NCBI GenBank assembly: GCA_945788655.1
Contig: CALZMV010000001.1
Coordinates: 1-37,168, forward strand
Direction of reading: 5' to 3'
DNA from: an uncultured Clostridia bacterium
GTDB lineage: Bacteria; Bacillota; Clostridia; Peptostreptococcales; Anaerovoracaceae
Length of the DNA stretch: 37,168 bases
Made by a program: the position numbers and the translations under genes. The notes beneath the pieces were generated by a model, which worked only from the letters and a program-made list of their open reading frames with translations, had not been told where the DNA came from and did no database searches. Position 1 is the first letter of the stretch. Each line of letters begins with the position of its first letter. Positions 36,973 to 37,168 of this stretch are shown piece by piece.

Positions 36973-37001
36973 AGTATATACTATATATCAAACTATTGCA
37001 A
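36973..37001 (-). promoter_or_regulatory. Strong sigma-A-type promoter of the S10-spc-alpha cluster with an upstream A-tract (UP-like) region
   Basis: Minus-strand TTGCAA (37001-36996), a 17-nt spacer, then TATACT (36978-36973). Phased A-tracts lie immediately upstream (37002-37045: AAAAAAGC, AAAAAAATTTC, AAAAAATTG). Confidence 0.6.
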
Positions 37002-37168
37002 GCTTTTTTTGAAATTTTTTTGGGCAATTTTTTAGCTTTTTTGCAGGAAAAAATCGTGTGTTTTCAATGCTTTTATGGCTTATTTGCTATACACTCTCTC
37101 TGGCGTTCTTTTATTTTTTCTCTTTCTCATGAGGCCAAATAAAAAGGAGACCGCAAATTTTGCCGTGA

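Noticed and set aside
36749-37012. 87-aa plus-strand ORF upstream of rpsJ.
   Set aside because: It has no RBS and its composition is low-complexity and atypical. It lies exactly over the S10 promoter, leader and terminator on the opposite strand, so it is best explained as a non-coding leader.
37100-37168. A possible gene start or upstream terminator at the right window edge: AAGGAGA at 37145-37150 on the plus strand, and a short GCAAA/TTTGC hairpin.
   Set aside because: The TTG nine nt after the SD runs into a stop after 2 codons, the hairpin is 5 bp and AT-rich, and the window ends here. There is not enough sequence to call anything.

Overview
This is a 37.2-kb chromosomal window from a low-GC Gram-positive bacterium. 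It looks like a Clostridia-type spore-former, because bofA and yaaL are present and rpsD sits inside the alpha operon. Almost every gene is on the minus strand.

Right half (21.4-36.7 kb): the complete, uninterrupted S10-spc-alpha ribosomal supercluster. The order is rpsJ, rplCDWB, rpsS, rplV, rpsC, rplP, rpmC, rpsQ, rplNXE, rpsN(Z), rpsH, rplFR, rpsE, rpmD, rplO, secY, adk, map, infA, rpmJ, rpsMKD, rpoA, rplQ. It has a strong promoter, a long structured leader and a clean terminator.

Middle: pit plus a DUF47 gene, pcrA-ligA, SRP RNA-dnaX-ybaB-recR, yaaL and bofA.

Left third: a Na+-dependent SNF-family transporter (+), ybaK, a YitT-family gene, arginase plus a Crp/Fnr regulator, a 665-aa methyltransferase fusion of unknown function (+), xpt plus an ABC-F ATPase, an orphan EIIC-2-like membrane protein, and the 5' part of rnr, which runs off the window.

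I found no transposase, integrase, CRISPR array, tRNA, rRNA or recognisable defence or prophage genes, so the window is core housekeeping rather than an accessory island.

The best candidate for something undescribed is the single-gene module at 4932-6929. It joins a SAM methyltransferase to a ~400-aa unassignable domain that ends in a CorA-TM1-like membrane anchor. This is a hypothesis, not a demonstrated system.

Secondary observations:
- an ABC-F protein with a naturally degenerate second ATP site
- a Crp/Fnr-type operator in front of the arginase gene
- an attenuator-like terminator in the S10 leader
- a structured rpsM leader
- a short Alu-less SRP RNA abutting dnaX
- a repeat-rich C-terminal extension of ribosomal protein S3
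- an inverted yaaL
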